Shown: positions 1-10,632, counted from the whole stretch's first letter. The stretch: DNA of 63,997 nucleotides, filler included, from an uncultured bacterium (GCA_964543115.1; 5 parts of 5 records of this genome joined end to end with filler, not necessarily neighbours in it), one strand, 5' to 3'. A program made the numbers and translations. The notes: generated by a model not told the origin, from the sequence alone.

Positions 1-2
1 AA

Positions 3-1211
3 GAGGGCGGAGAAGGGGGAGAGGAGCTGGGGATTGAAGGGTTAACCAGAATTGCTGAAGAAGCACCGGTTGTGAAGTTGGTTAACCGTCTAATTATGCA
101 GGCCGTGCGAGAAGAGGCCAGTGATATTCATATTGAGCCGGAAGGAGAAGTTTTGCGGGTCAGGTACAGGGTTGACGGTATCTTGCATGAGGTAACCACC
201 CCGCCAAAACACCTGCAGAATGCCGTTATTTCCCGCATAAAGATCCTTTCGCAGATGGATATCGCAGAAAAACGCCGTCCGCAGGACGGTCGGATAATAA
301 TGAATATAGAAAATAAAGACGTTGATCTGCGGGTATCTGTTTTTCCGACGGTACACGGGGAGAATGTTGTTATGAGGATTCTGGACCGCTCGGCGGCTAT
401 CCGGCAGTTAGCGGATCTGGGCATGAATCCTGTCAGTTTGAAAATGTATGATGGCCTGGTCAGGCGGCCGCATGGAATTATTCTGGTTACCGGCCCGACT
501 GGCAGCGGCAAGACAACTACTCTTTATGCCGCTTTGACAACCGTTAATTCCATGGAGAAGGATATTGTTACTATTGAGGATCCGGTGGAATATGAGATCC
601 CGCTTATTCGTCAGACCCAGGTAAATCCGAAGATCGGGCTTACTTTTGCTAATGGACTGCGTAACATTGTTCGTCAGGATCCGGACATTATTATGGTTGG
701 TGAGGTCAGGGACAAAGAAACGGCTGACATTGCCATTCAGGCTTCCTTAACCGGGCATCTGGTTTTTTCCACCCTGCATACCAATGACGCGGCCAGTTCG
801 TTGACCAGGCTGGAGGATATGGGGGTGGAGCCGTTTCTTATTTCCAGTACGGTAATTGGTATTCTCGCCCAGCGTTTGGTCAGGGTTATTTGCAGTAAGT
901 GTAAGGAATCTTATACCCCAGCCAAGGAGGTATTGGATCATCTCGGGCTGGGAGAAACAACCACGTTTTATCGCGGTAAGGGGTGTAAGGAATGCGGTGA
1001 ACGGGGTTATCGCGGCCGGCGGGGGATATTTGAATTGCTGGTGATGGATGAGGAGATAAGACGGATGGTAGTTGCGAAGGCCTCTAGTGATCAGATAGCC
1101 AAGGTGGCGATTGAAAAAGGGATGATTACACTCTATTACGATGGCTTGGAAAAAGTAACCCAGGGAATAACTACATTGGAGGAGGTATTGCGGGTTACGG
1201 AATCCGTATAA
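3..1211 (+). CDS. pilB: GspE/PilB-family secretion/pilus assembly ATPase (5' partial; frame open from window start)
   Basis: Walker [11 protein letters not shown], Asp box TIEDPVEY, Walker B LRQDPD-like [15 protein letters not shown], His box [13 protein letters not shown], tetracysteine CSKC...CKEC; frame reads [25 protein letters not shown] upstream of the called GTG. Confidence 0.93.
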   Translation, partial: EGGEGGEELGIEGLTRIAEEAPVVKLVNRLIMQAVREEASDIHIEPEGEVLRVRYRVDGILHEVTTPPKHLQNAVISRIKILSQMDIAEKRRPQDGRIIMNIENKDVDLRVSVFPTVHGENVVMRILDRSAAIRQLADLGMNPVSLKMYDGLVRRPHGIILVTGPTGSGKTTTLYAALTTVNSMEKDIVTIEDPVEYEIPLIRQTQVNPKIGLTFANGLRNIVRQDPDIIMVGEVRDKETADIAIQASLTGHLVFSTLHTNDAASSLTRLEDMGVEPFLISSTVIGILAQRLVRVICSKCKESYTPAKEVLDHLGLGETTTFYRGKGCKECGERGYRGRRGIFELLVMDEEIRRMVVAKASSDQIAKVAIEKGMITLYYDGLEKVTQGITTLEEVLRVTESV

Positions 1212-1311
1212 CAATTTTGGACAGATTCTTTGCCGTCCCGACTTGTCGGGATTTTGCGTGAAACGTGCGGATTTATCCTTTGCGCGATCCGCAATTGAAA
1301 AAGGAGGTAAT

Positions 1312-1530
1312 ATGAGGGAATTGTTAGCTATTATAGGTCTTGTTTCTTTGGTCTTTGGTATCACAATGCTTTTTTTCCCCAAGCAGTTAGCCGAACTGGC
1401 CGATAAAGTTAATAAGGTAGTCGGTCAGATTGATGAAGGGATGCTGCGCCTGCGCATTGGTTTAGGGGTGTCTTTGTTGGCGATAGGGGCGGTGTGTTTT
1501 TTCCTTGTTTACTATATTGCCTCTAAATAA
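1312..1530 (+). CDS. Small two-TM membrane protein (72 aa)
   Basis: AAGGAGG RBS at 1301-1307 then ATG 1312; two hydrophobic segments; lies between pilB and pilC. Confidence 0.7.
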   Translation: MRELLAIIGLVSLVFGITMLFFPKQLAELADKVNKVVGQIDEGMLRLRIGLGVSLLAIGAVCFFLVYYIASK

Positions 1531-1545
1531 TTTTTCAATTGAAAT

Positions 1546-2778
1546 ATGCCAAAATTCAAATATAAAATCCGTGATAAATATGGGAAACGGGCCAGTGGTG
1601 TTATTGAAGGGGAAACCAGGGAATTGGTAGCCAAACACCTGGAAGAGAAGGGGTACATTCCTGTTGAGATTACTGCTGACAGGGATGTCGGCAGCGCAAG
1701 TGTGTTGGGCCGGTTTCAGTTTGGTAAGTTAAAGGCCGTCGGCTTGTTTACCCGGCAGTTTGCTACTCTAACCAAGTCAGGATTGCCGCTTGTCCGTAGT
1801 CTGACAACCTTAGAGCGGCAGGTGGAACAGCCATTCTTCAAACAGGCGCTCGCGGATGTGACCCGGCGGGTGGAAGGGGGAGAGGATTTACATACCGCTA
1901 TGGCGCAGCATCCGTTGATTTTTAATCAACTCTATGTAAGCATGGTTAGTGTGGGTGAGGCCAGTGGTACGCTGGATGAGGTTCTGGCCAAATTGGCTGA
2001 TCTCATTGAATATGAAATAGAAACCAGGGCTAAGATGTTAACTGTACTTCTTTATCCGGCGATGGCGATTCTTGCCATGATCGCCGGGTTTACCATTTTA
2101 TCTATAGTCGTCCTGCCTAAGATCGTTACTATTTTTAAGGACTTGAAAGGGTCCTTACCGCTGCCCACATTGATCTTAATTAAGACTAATTATATTATGC
2201 AGAATTACTGGTATTTGATCTTTGGCGGGGCCATTGCCGCAGGTATTGCTTTTGTCAGATATATTAATACAAAACCGGGACGGAAGGTCTGGGACCGGAT
2301 TAAATTGAGAATACCGTTTATCGGCACAATTATATTTAAATTGATAATGTCTCGTTTTGCCCGGGTGACGTCGATTCTGGTGCGCAGCGGCGTGCCTATT
2401 CTCAATGTTTTGGATCTAACCAGCAAAAGTGCCGGTAATGTGATTATCGGTGAAGCGATTGAGAATATTAAAGAGGATGTTAAAGAAGGAAAGGGAATGG
2501 CCGAACCGATGCGCAAGGCGAAGGTCTTTTCCCCGATTGTACTGCAAATGGTGGCCATCGGGGAAGAAACCGGCAGATTAGACGAACTGCTTTATGAAGT
2601 ATCCGGGCACTACGACCGGGAGGCGTCCTACGCGGTGGAGTACCTGGCCACAATTATTGAGCCGATTATTATTGTTCTTATCGCGTGTGGAGTGCTGGTC
2701 ATGGCCCTGGGGATTTTCCTGCCGATGTGGAACGCCTACACCCTGATAATCCAGGGGGGGACGACTGGGGTGTTCTGA
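1546..2778 (+). CDS. pilC: Type II secretion system F family / PilC inner-membrane platform protein
   Basis: FTRQFATLTKSGLPL, GEASGTLDEVL, GEETGRLDELL repeats; three TM segments; follows PilB. Confidence 0.93.
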   Translation: MPKFKYKIRDKYGKRASGVIEGETRELVAKHLEEKGYIPVEITADRDVGSASVLGRFQFGKLKAVGLFTRQFATLTKSGLPLVRSLTTLERQVEQPFFKQALADVTRRVEGGEDLHTAMAQHPLIFNQLYVSMVSVGEASGTLDEVLAKLADLIEYEIETRAKMLTVLLYPAMAILAMIAGFTILSIVVLPKIVTIFKDLKGSLPLPTLILIKTNYIMQNYWYLIFGGAIAAGIAFVRYINTKPGRKVWDRIKLRIPFIGTIIFKLIMSRFARVTSILVRSGVPILNVLDLTSKSAGNVIIGEAIENIKEDVKEGKGMAEPMRKAKVFSPIVLQMVAIGEETGRLDELLYEVSGHYDREASYAVEYLATIIEPIIIVLIACGVLVMALGIFLPMWNAYTLIIQGGTTGVF

Positions 2779-2800
2779 TTGCGGATTTCAAAAGAAAAGG

Positions 2801-2829
2801 TTGCAAAAATATTTAGGGTATAATATAAT
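2801..2829 (+). promoter_or_regulatory. Putative sigma70 promoter of the major pilin
   Basis: TTGCAA (2801-2806), 17 nt, TATAAT (2824-2829); AGGAGG RBS before ATG 2884. Confidence 0.55.
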
Positions 2830-2883
2830 ATACTAAAATAAGGATAAACAAAACTACTGGCTAATAGTAAAAAGGAGGGAGAT

Positions 2884-3204
2884 ATGGGTAAAGGTTTTAC
2901 GTTGATTGAATTGATTATGATTATTGTTATTCTCGGGATTTTAGCCATTGTTGCTATTCCCCGTTATATTGATTTGCGCAGTGATGCTTTAGAAGCAGCC
3001 GCTGATGGCGTGGTTGGCGCGGGTAATGCCGGCGGTATGGTTTGGCGTTCCCGTTATTTGGTGGATTCCACCGGTTCTTACAGTGTGGAATGGCCGGCTG
3101 CCGCGGATTCTGCCTGCTGTTTTGAAGATGGCACAGTACCCGTAGTGACCGGGATCACCTTCGCGTTTGATAATGCTACCGGTGCTTGGAGTTATAGTTC
3201 CTAA
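2884..3204 (+). CDS. Type IV prepilin (probable major pilin)
   Basis: Class III signal MGKG|FTLIELIMIIVILGILAIVAIPRY with Glu5; own promoter and strong RBS. Confidence 0.88.
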   Translation: MGKGFTLIELIMIIVILGILAIVAIPRYIDLRSDALEAAADGVVGAGNAGGMVWRSRYLVDSTGSYSVEWPAAADSACCFEDGTVPVVTGITFAFDNATGAWSYSS

Positions 3205-3331
3205 ACATTGATGCTAAGTTAACGCTTCTTTTATGCCTCGTTTCTTAACCAATAAGGGACGAGGCATAATTTTATCTAATGAAGGTCTAACAGCTAGTTT
3301 TGTAAACTTTGCTCGTGCCCTATGGCCTAAA

Positions 3332-5770
3332 ATGGACAGATTAAAGAAATATTTCATTGGTAAAGATTTACATATATTGTCATTGCTGGCTATCCTTGTC
3401 GTGCTTTGGTTCGCCAATATAATTTTCAGTAATAATATTTTCATCCACCGGGACCTGAGCAGATATTTTTACCCATTGCGGCATTTTGGCGCTTTGGCCG
3501 TCAAAGATTTCAGACTGCCGTTATGGAACCCCTATGTTTCCTGTGGCAAGCCTTTTTTAGCCGTCCTGCAGACCACAGTTCTTTATCCCCTAAATTTAAT
3601 TTATTATTTTTTCCCTTCCTTTGACCTGGCCTTTAACTGGTACATTATCAGCCACTTTTTTTTGGCCGGTATATTTATGTATTTCCTTATGCGTTATTGG
3701 GGGTATTGCCGGCCGGCTGGTCTTATTTCCGCTATTATCTTTACTTTTGGCGGATATCTTTCCTCAGTAATCAGTATGAACACTTCAATGAGTTCAGCAA
3801 TCTGGATTCCGGTAGTGCTGCTCTTTTATGATCGGGCACTGAAAACAGGAAAGATTAAATTTCTATTGGTAACGGGAATTCTGCTGGGATTTCAGTTCCT
3901 GGGCGGCATCCCTACACCCAGTTATTGCACCTTCTGGTTGCTGTTCTTTTATACTTTGCTCAATATTGATTCCGCCCGGAGCCGGTTATCTTCCGCCGGG
4001 CGGTCTTTTGGGGTTTTTATAGCGGTTTATATTGTTTTCATTTTATTGTTTGCTGTGCAGATCCTGCCCTTTAAAGAAATGCTCTTAAATTCCAACCTTG
4101 CCGCCGGCCGGAGTATTGGTGCCGCGGCTAAATGGTCATTGCGTCCGTTGGAGCTGTTGGGCTTTTTTGTCCCCTATATTTACGGAGATATTAATATCCC
4201 CAGCGGCCACCTTAACCCGCAGGAATGGATGATCAGTTATTACCTGGGAGTTCCCGCCCTGATTTTAGCGGTTATTGCCTTTTATTTAAGGCCGGCGAAA
4301 AAGGTGTTTTTTTTCGGGGTGGCCTTTCTCGGGGCCCTTTTGCTGGCCCTGGGTAAATATACGCCGGTTTATCCTTTTCTCTACAAGTTCCTGCCGGGGA
4401 TTAGCAGTATCCGGTACCCGGTGAAGTTCCTTTTTCTGGCCACCTTCTCTTTGAGTGTTCTGGCGGGGATGGGCTTTGACGCGGTTTTCCGGGAACGGAT
4501 ACAGGCAAAGAAAAAAAAGCTCTATCGTGGTCTATTGTATATAAATCTGTTCCTGACGCTGATATTTGGCGCCTTTATTTTATACTGGCGCAAAATCGGC
4601 TACTATTTGCTGGGTTGTTTCTTGGATACCCAAAAAATCGATATTGATTTATTCAACAGGTGTGTCGTTGTCTTTTTAAACGACAGCAGATATTTTTGTC
4701 AGTTCTTTATTGTTTTTACGCTTGCCGTGATTTTAATCATTCTCTATCTGCGTGAAAAATTGTCGCATACTGTTTTTGCCTGTTTATTTTGTCTGTTGAT
4801 TATTGGTGATCTGGCGGCAGTGAATATGGGTATTAACAAGACCATGGACCGGCGCTGGTTTGCCCAGGTGCCGGAATCGGTTAGAGCGTTGCAGCGGGAT
4901 GATTCATTGTACCGCACATTTCAGACAGGGGACGTCTGGGAATTGAACCGGGTTATTTTTGGACTTAATTATGATGAGGGCATCTGGGAACGGAAGAAAA
5001 CACTGGCCTCTAATGGGGCAATGGAATACGGCATTTATGCCTTGAAAGGGTATGGCTCGATGGCCGTAGGTGATTATTATAATTTTATGCTTTTCCTGCA
5101 GGAGCAATCACCGGCCAGGCAGTTGAAACTGCTGAGTATGTTGAATGCCAAATATATTCTCAGTTTGGAACCAATGCCTGTTGGGGATCTGAGTGTTTTT
5201 TATCAGGATAAGGCCCTGCATACAACCGTAGTTGACGGCAAAAAGATATACAAGAATTTCTATATCCTGAAAAATCCCCATTGCCTGGAGCGGGCCTTTC
5301 TTGTTCCCTCTGCGGTTTTTGTTGATGATCCGGCGGTGGCCTTGGGGATTTTGCAGAACGAGAACTTTGATCCAGAGAAAGTTGTCATTGTTGAAGGAGA
5401 AGAGTGTTTTAAAAAGCCGCAATCCGCAATCCGCAATCCGCAATATGATTCGAAATATATTACTATTATTAGTTATAAGCCTGAAGAAGTAATTGTTGAT
5501 GTAGAGGTAGGAGAGCCACAGTGGCTGGTTTTGAGTGATACGTATTATCCGGGGTGGGAGGTGTTTGTTGACGGCCAAAGGGAAAAGATCTATAAAGCGA
5601 ACTACTTCCTGCGGGCAGTGCCGCTGCCGCCCGGGAAACACACGGTGCGGTTTGTTTATAATCCGCGATCGTTTAAGGTCGGGGCAGGGATCAGCCTGGT
5701 GACGTTATTAGCCATTGTTGTTGCGGCCTTTGGCCATGGAAAGAGGTTAGTTAAAAGAAATTGTATTTGA
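3332..5770 (+). CDS. YfhO-family multi-TM protein (GT-C-like glycosyltransferase)
   Basis: D-L...PLWNPY...G-PF motif, many TMs, C-terminal LVLSDTYYPGW-V-VDG...ANYFLRAV-LPPGKHTV-F-Y domain typical of YfhO; ORF could start at 3233, ATG 3332 preferred. Confidence 0.8.
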   Translation: MDRLKKYFIGKDLHILSLLAILVVLWFANIIFSNNIFIHRDLSRYFYPLRHFGALAVKDFRLPLWNPYVSCGKPFLAVLQTTVLYPLNLIYYFFPSFDLAFNWYIISHFFLAGIFMYFLMRYWGYCRPAGLISAIIFTFGGYLSSVISMNTSMSSAIWIPVVLLFYDRALKTGKIKFLLVTGILLGFQFLGGIPTPSYCTFWLLFFYTLLNIDSARSRLSSAGRSFGVFIAVYIVFILLFAVQILPFKEMLLNSNLAAGRSIGAAAKWSLRPLELLGFFVPYIYGDINIPSGHLNPQEWMISYYLGVPALILAVIAFYLRPAKKVFFFGVAFLGALLLALGKYTPVYPFLYKFLPGISSIRYPVKFLFLATFSLSVLAGMGFDAVFRERIQAKKKKLYRGLLYINLFLTLIFGAFILYWRKIGYYLLGCFLDTQKIDIDLFNRCVVVFLNDSRYFCQFFIVFTLAVILIILYLREKLSHTVFACLFCLLIIGDLAAVNMGINKTMDRRWFAQVPESVRALQRDDSLYRTFQTGDVWELNRVIFGLNYDEGIWERKKTLASNGAMEYGIYALKGYGSMAVGDYYNFMLFLQEQSPARQLKLLSMLNAKYILSLEPMPVGDLSVFYQDKALHTTVVDGKKIYKNFYILKNPHCLERAFLVPSAVFVDDPAVALGILQNENFDPEKVVIVEGEECFKKPQSAIRNPQYDSKYITIISYKPEEVIVDVEVGEPQWLVLSDTYYPGWEVFVDGQREKIYKANYFLRAVPLPPGKHTVRFVYNPRSFKVGAGISLVTLLAIVVAAFGHGKRLVKRNCI
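5417..5444 (+). repeat. CCGCAAT x4 heptamer tandem inside CDS
   Basis: Read directly; translated as PQSAIRNPQ. Confidence 0.9.
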
Positions 5771-5850
5771 CCACGAAGAACACGAAGGTCACGAAGAATT
5801 TATAAAATGTAATTAGTGTTTTATCTTCGTGTTCTTCGTGTGCTTCGTGG
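5771..5850. repeat. Inverted pair of (CACGAAG-NN)x3 arms, intergenic
   Basis: ccacgaagaacacgaaggtcacgaag ... cttcgtgttcttcgtgtgcttcgtgg. Confidence 0.85.
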
Positions 5851-5925
5851 TTAATGAATGCTTTGGATAAACTATTTGCTGACAAGGCCGAAGGCCGAGA
5901 GAATTGTCCGTTTAGATTATAAATT

Positions 5926-7374
5926 ATGAAAAATTTCTTGATTTTTTTGCTTATTGCCGTAATTTTTGTGCTCGTGCGTTTCCCGTTCCTGGATGAACCG
6001 TTTGAGCGTGATGAAGGGGGGTACGCCTATATGGGTTGGCGGATAGCTGAGGGGGAGGTCATGTACCGCGACCTGTGGGAATTGATGCCGCCGGGCCTGC
6101 CGTTTTTTTATGCCTTTATCTTTAAAATGTATGGAGTGAATTTTTTTACGGTTAAATTTGCCGCGGTTCTTTGGGGCCTAATTGGTTTGCTGTTTCTGTA
6201 TCTGCTGGCGGAAAAACTATGGGGCAGGCAGACGGCGTTTTGCAGTGCCTTTCTTTACGCGGTTTTTTCCGGGTTGCCGCTTATCCAGGGGGCCAGTTGT
6301 AATACCGAACCGGTAATGCTGGTGTTTCTTATCAGTAGTATTTATTTCTTCCTTCTTGCTGAAAGGCGGGAAAGGGTGTTTTATCTAGTGCTGGCGGGTA
6401 TTGCCGGGGGTACAGCAATCTTTATTAAACAGGCGGCCTGGCTGAATTTAGCGGCCTTAGGGGTTTACCTGCTTTTTCGATTCCGAATACGCCGACTGTT
6501 GATTTTATCTTTTGGTGTACTCCTGGCTGGAGTTCCCTGGGCTATTTACTTTACCAGATACAGGATCTGGCCGGACTTTATCTATACCTATTTTACCTGG
6601 CATTTTACCCAGGGGCAATCGTTTCTGAGCGCGGATTTTTTTACCCGCTTGAGCAGAAGCCTGCAGTATCTTATGCGGGAGAATTCCCTGCTCTGGCTGT
6701 TGGCCCTAATGGCAATTATCGCCATTTTAATCAATAAAAGGTCAAGGGAGAATATCCTTATTGTCCTCTGGGGGCTATTTTCTTTCTTGGGTGTTTGTTT
6801 AGGCGGGGCCTTCTATCCGCATTATTATATCCAGGTTATGCCGGCTCTGTGCCTGCTGTCCGGTTGGGGATTGTGGCAGATCATTGCCGGTATTGCGGGG
6901 AGGGATTATTGGCGGCGGGCGGCAAATGTTTTTAGTTTAACCGTGATTATAGTTCTGGCAGTGTTTATTTTTATTTTTGAATACCGGTTTTTCTTTATCT
7001 ATACGCCGGCAGAGGTGAATGCCGCGAAATATAATACGCAGATGTTTGTTGCCGCCAGAGCGCTAGGCAGATATTTAAAGAAGCAGACGGCTGAAAACGA
7101 TTATATTTTTGTCTGGGGCATCGAACCGGAAATCTATTTTTACGCCCGGAGAAAATGCCCGACCCGCTTTATCCATAATTATAGCATTAGAGGAGATGAT
7201 CAATTTTCGCGGGCGGGGCGGCAGGAAGTGTTGCGGGAGATTATCGCGAAAAAGCCGGCCTATATTGTGGTTGCCTATACTTTATCAAACTTCCCGGAAT
7301 TAGAAGAGTACCTAAATGCAGAATATCTCGAAGGTCAATATCAAGGGATGATTCTCTGGCAGCGTGAGAGATGA
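5926..7374 (+). CDS. ArnT/PMT-like (GT83/GT39) membrane glycosyltransferase
   Basis: ERDEGGYAY acidic loop motif after TM1, YRDLWE-MPPG, IKQ motif, YPHYY, multiple TMs. Confidence 0.8.
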   Translation: MKNFLIFLLIAVIFVLVRFPFLDEPFERDEGGYAYMGWRIAEGEVMYRDLWELMPPGLPFFYAFIFKMYGVNFFTVKFAAVLWGLIGLLFLYLLAEKLWGRQTAFCSAFLYAVFSGLPLIQGASCNTEPVMLVFLISSIYFFLLAERRERVFYLVLAGIAGGTAIFIKQAAWLNLAALGVYLLFRFRIRRLLILSFGVLLAGVPWAIYFTRYRIWPDFIYTYFTWHFTQGQSFLSADFFTRLSRSLQYLMRENSLLWLLALMAIIAILINKRSRENILIVLWGLFSFLGVCLGGAFYPHYYIQVMPALCLLSGWGLWQIIAGIAGRDYWRRAANVFSLTVIIVLAVFIFIFEYRFFFIYTPAEVNAAKYNTQMFVAARALGRYLKKQTAENDYIFVWGIEPEIYFYARRKCPTRFIHNYSIRGDDQFSRAGRQEVLREIIAKKPAYIVVAYTLSNFPELEEYLNAEYLEGQYQGMILWQRER

Positions 7375-9185
7375 AAACTGAATTTTTTAGGGAAAATATC
7401 CGGATTGTTCTGCTTTTTGCCGTCTTGGCCTTCCTCTTCACCCTGCCTATTTTTAGAAATTTCAGTAATTGGGGTATTCAGGATTGGGATGCCTATTTCT
7501 TTAATCAGGCGGTTATCAGGTCTTCAGTCTTGGAGTACCGGCAATTTCCTCTCTGGAATCCCTATTATTGCGGGGGAGCGGTTTCGCTGGCCAATCCCCA
7601 GTTCAGGTTTTTGTCCCCATTTTTTCTCCTGACGGTAATATTCGGCGTCATCCAGGCGGCCAAGATTGAAATCTGGCTGCATCTGGTTATCGGGATGTGG
7701 GGGATGTACCGTCTGGTTCGTTATTGGCAGGGCGGTATTTCCGCGGCGCTGGTTTCCGCTTTTGTGTTTATGCTTAACAGTATGTATGCCCTTAACCTGA
7801 CCGTGGGTATGCCCTGGTTTTTTTCTGTTGCCTATTTGCCCTGGGCCTTTCTGTTTTTCCTGCGGTCGTTTTCGGAGCTGAAATATGCTGTTTTAGCCGG
7901 TTTTTGTATTCTGCTGATGTTTTTTGGCGGGGGTACCTATGTTTTTGCGATAACAACATTGTTTTTGGCCTTTTATTCTTTTTTCCTGGTTTGTTCGCGT
8001 CAGCAGACGATTAAAATAACTGCCCGGGTGTTGTTGGTTATTGTATTTGTTATAATTGGCTTGGGAGCGGTTAAGTTGTTTCCCTGCCTGGAATTTTTTC
8101 AGCGCAATCCCCGCCAGATCTTGGATTTTTCCGGTTATAGCCTGGGGTCATTAATCTATAGCTGGTTTGGCCGGGATCAGTCAATTGGGGTGATTGAAAG
8201 ATTGTCCCAGGGCGGTACAGGGTTTCTTTCCGGGATGAGCTATGCCTTTGATGAAAACGGCATGTATATCGGTATTCTGCCGTTTATGTTGTTTTTATTG
8301 GGAATAATATTCTATTTTCGACGGCGGCTGGGTTTGGCCTTGAGTTTCATTTTCTTTCTCTGGCTGGGGCTTGGTCACCGGGTGCCGGTTAGTTTGTGGC
8401 TGATTTTACGGGAAATGCCGGTATATGGGTTTATGCGCGTAGCCCAGCGGTTTCGGATCATTTTCATGCTCTGTCTGGCTGTTTTTGCCGGGCTGGGATT
8501 TCAACGGATAATAGATTATTTGAGTGAGAAATGTAAAAATAAACTGCTTGTGCAGTTGTTTGTTGCTGCCTGTCTATTGTTTATTGCCGCTGATCTTTGT
8601 TTGGTTAATTCTTCCGTCTGGCAGGATGCCTTTACCATTGCGCCGCTGAAAACCACTCGCAGCGATGTTTTTTTTCAGACCCTGGAAAGTCCGGCCCTGA
8701 CCAAAGACGGATTGATTGATCCAAACGAGAGGTATATGTACGGCAGCTGGGGTTCGTTGTACCCGTGTTTTTTGTCTAACGTGGGAGTGATCATGGCGGA
8801 AGAGGCGGCCCACGTTCCCCGAAAGACACTGCATGTGGATTCTCCGTATTACCGGGGTGAGATATTTATTCTGGATACCCTGGGTAGGGCTGATTTTAAG
8901 TATTGGTCCCCCAATAAGTTTATAATCGAACTGCAAACGGAAGGTGACGGTTATCTGATTATTAATCAGAACTATTATCCGGGCTGGCACGTTAAAGGTG
9001 ACCGAAAACGTAGAGTAGAGAACCTGCAGGGATTGTTGGCCCTAAAGGTGACTGCCGGAGATAAAGAACTGGTATTGTATTATTTACCGACAAGCTTTAT
9101 AATAGGTGCTTGGATAACACTGATTACTGCTATTCTTCTTATTGTTTTCTGGTTAAGGTGGTTAGCAAAACGCCAGCATGAATAA
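7371..9185 (+). CDS. YfhO-like multi-TM GT-C protein
   Basis: QDWD...FPLWNPYYCGG motif, many TMs, C-terminal LIINQNYYPGW; ATGA overlap with upstream gene. Confidence 0.72.
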   Translation: MKTEFFRENIRIVLLFAVLAFLFTLPIFRNFSNWGIQDWDAYFFNQAVIRSSVLEYRQFPLWNPYYCGGAVSLANPQFRFLSPFFLLTVIFGVIQAAKIEIWLHLVIGMWGMYRLVRYWQGGISAALVSAFVFMLNSMYALNLTVGMPWFFSVAYLPWAFLFFLRSFSELKYAVLAGFCILLMFFGGGTYVFAITTLFLAFYSFFLVCSRQQTIKITARVLLVIVFVIIGLGAVKLFPCLEFFQRNPRQILDFSGYSLGSLIYSWFGRDQSIGVIERLSQGGTGFLSGMSYAFDENGMYIGILPFMLFLLGIIFYFRRRLGLALSFIFFLWLGLGHRVPVSLWLILREMPVYGFMRVAQRFRIIFMLCLAVFAGLGFQRIIDYLSEKCKNKLLVQLFVAACLLFIAADLCLVNSSVWQDAFTIAPLKTTRSDVFFQTLESPALTKDGLIDPNERYMYGSWGSLYPCFLSNVGVIMAEEAAHVPRKTLHVDSPYYRGEIFILDTLGRADFKYWSPNKFIIELQTEGDGYLIINQNYYPGWHVKGDRKRRVENLQGLLALKVTAGDKELVLYYLPTSFIIGAWITLITAILLIVFWLRWLAKRQHE

Positions 9186-9231
9186 AAACCACAAACTATT
9201 ATTTTATTGCTAAAATTTTGTTAATAAAACT

Positions 9232-10632
9232 ATGAGAGTCCTGCTCATCAATCCTCCCTTCTTTTTGAAAGATGCGGTCAGCGGTAATCCCAGCATGATG
9301 AAGGTGCTTAATATTGTTCCTCCGCTGGGGCTGGCTTATTTGGCTGCTGTTTTGCGTTCTCAGGGTCACAAGGTAAGTATTGTTGATGGCAGTTTGTTTG
9401 ATTCATTTTCCCCGCTGGCTGCAAGGCTGCGGCGGGAAGGACCGGAGCTGGTAGGGATTACGGCAACAACACCGGTTTTGGAGAATGCCAAAGAAACGGC
9501 CCGGATAGTGCGCCGGCATTGTGCCGGGGCGAAGATTGTTATTGGTGGTCCGCATGTTACCGCCCTGCCAGAAGAAACTATGGCGGATGGGTGTTTTGAT
9601 GTTGGGGTTTTGGGCGAGGGTGAGGAAACATTGCTGGAGTTAGTATCTGCGGGGGCGGATCTTAATAAGATTAATGGTATCGCCTATCGCTGCAATGGCG
9701 CGGTAGTGGTTAACAAAAAAAGAGAATTTATTAAAGATTTGGATACTATTCCTTTTCCCACCCGCGATTTATTGCCTCCGCTTAGTCAATATTCACCAAC
9801 CCCGGCTTCTTACCGCCAACTGCCGCTGGGAGTGGTGATGACCAGCCGCGGCTGCCCGCTGAAATGTACTTTTTGTGACCGGGCGATTTTCGGCACTACT
9901 CACCGTTGCCGTAGTATTGATAATGTGCTGGCGGAACTGGAAGAATTGATAAGCGGTCAGGGTGCGCGCGAGGTGAGGTTTTTTGATGATACGTTTACCC
10001 TGAAGAAGGATTATGTGCTGGAGCTGTGCCGGAAAATACAGGAAAGGAAAATCAATATTTCCTGGACCTGCCTTTCCAGCGCGGCGACAGCGGACCTGGA
10101 TGTGTTTCGGCAGATGCGCAAGGCGGGCTGCTGGCAGATACTTTTTGGCCTGGAATCCGGAGATGACCGAATGCTGAAGCTGTTAGGTAAGGGCAATACC
10201 GTTTCGCAGAATGAACGCGCGGTTAGGCTGGCCAAGCAGGCCGGCCTGGAGGTGAGGGCGGATTTTATTGTGGGTACACCGGGAGAAACGAAAGAGAGCC
10301 TGCAGCGCACACTGGATTTTGCCTTAGGCAGCCGGATAGATTACGCGCATTTTAATAAATTTGTGCCGTATCCGGGAACGGAGCTTTACAAAACACTTAT
10401 TAGTAAAGGGTATAAATTTGATTTTTCCCAGCCCTGCAGTATTGTGGATTGGGACGCCATCCATTATGTGCCGGAATCAATGACCAAGGAAGAGTTCCGC
10501 CATTTTCTGGATATCGCGGAGAAAAGTTTCTATTTGCGCCCGGGATACATTATGAAGAGAATTTTAGCGCTGAGAACATGGACACAGTTAAAAGGACACG
10601 TACGGGGGTTTTGGGCAATGTATAACTCGTAG
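9232..10632 (+). CDS. B12-binding radical SAM protein
   Basis: PPLGLAYLAA, GGPHVTA cobalamin-binding domain; SRGCPLKCTFC CxxxCxxC; FFDDTF, GLESG. Confidence 0.92.
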   Translation: MRVLLINPPFFLKDAVSGNPSMMKVLNIVPPLGLAYLAAVLRSQGHKVSIVDGSLFDSFSPLAARLRREGPELVGITATTPVLENAKETARIVRRHCAGAKIVIGGPHVTALPEETMADGCFDVGVLGEGEETLLELVSAGADLNKINGIAYRCNGAVVVNKKREFIKDLDTIPFPTRDLLPPLSQYSPTPASYRQLPLGVVMTSRGCPLKCTFCDRAIFGTTHRCRSIDNVLAELEELISGQGAREVRFFDDTFTLKKDYVLELCRKIQERKINISWTCLSSAATADLDVFRQMRKAGCWQILFGLESGDDRMLKLLGKGNTVSQNERAVRLAKQAGLEVRADFIVGTPGETKESLQRTLDFALGSRIDYAHFNKFVPYPGTELYKTLISKGYKFDFSQPCSIVDWDAIHYVPESMTKEEFRHFLDIAEKSFYLRPGYIMKRILALRTWTQLKGHVRGFWAMYNS

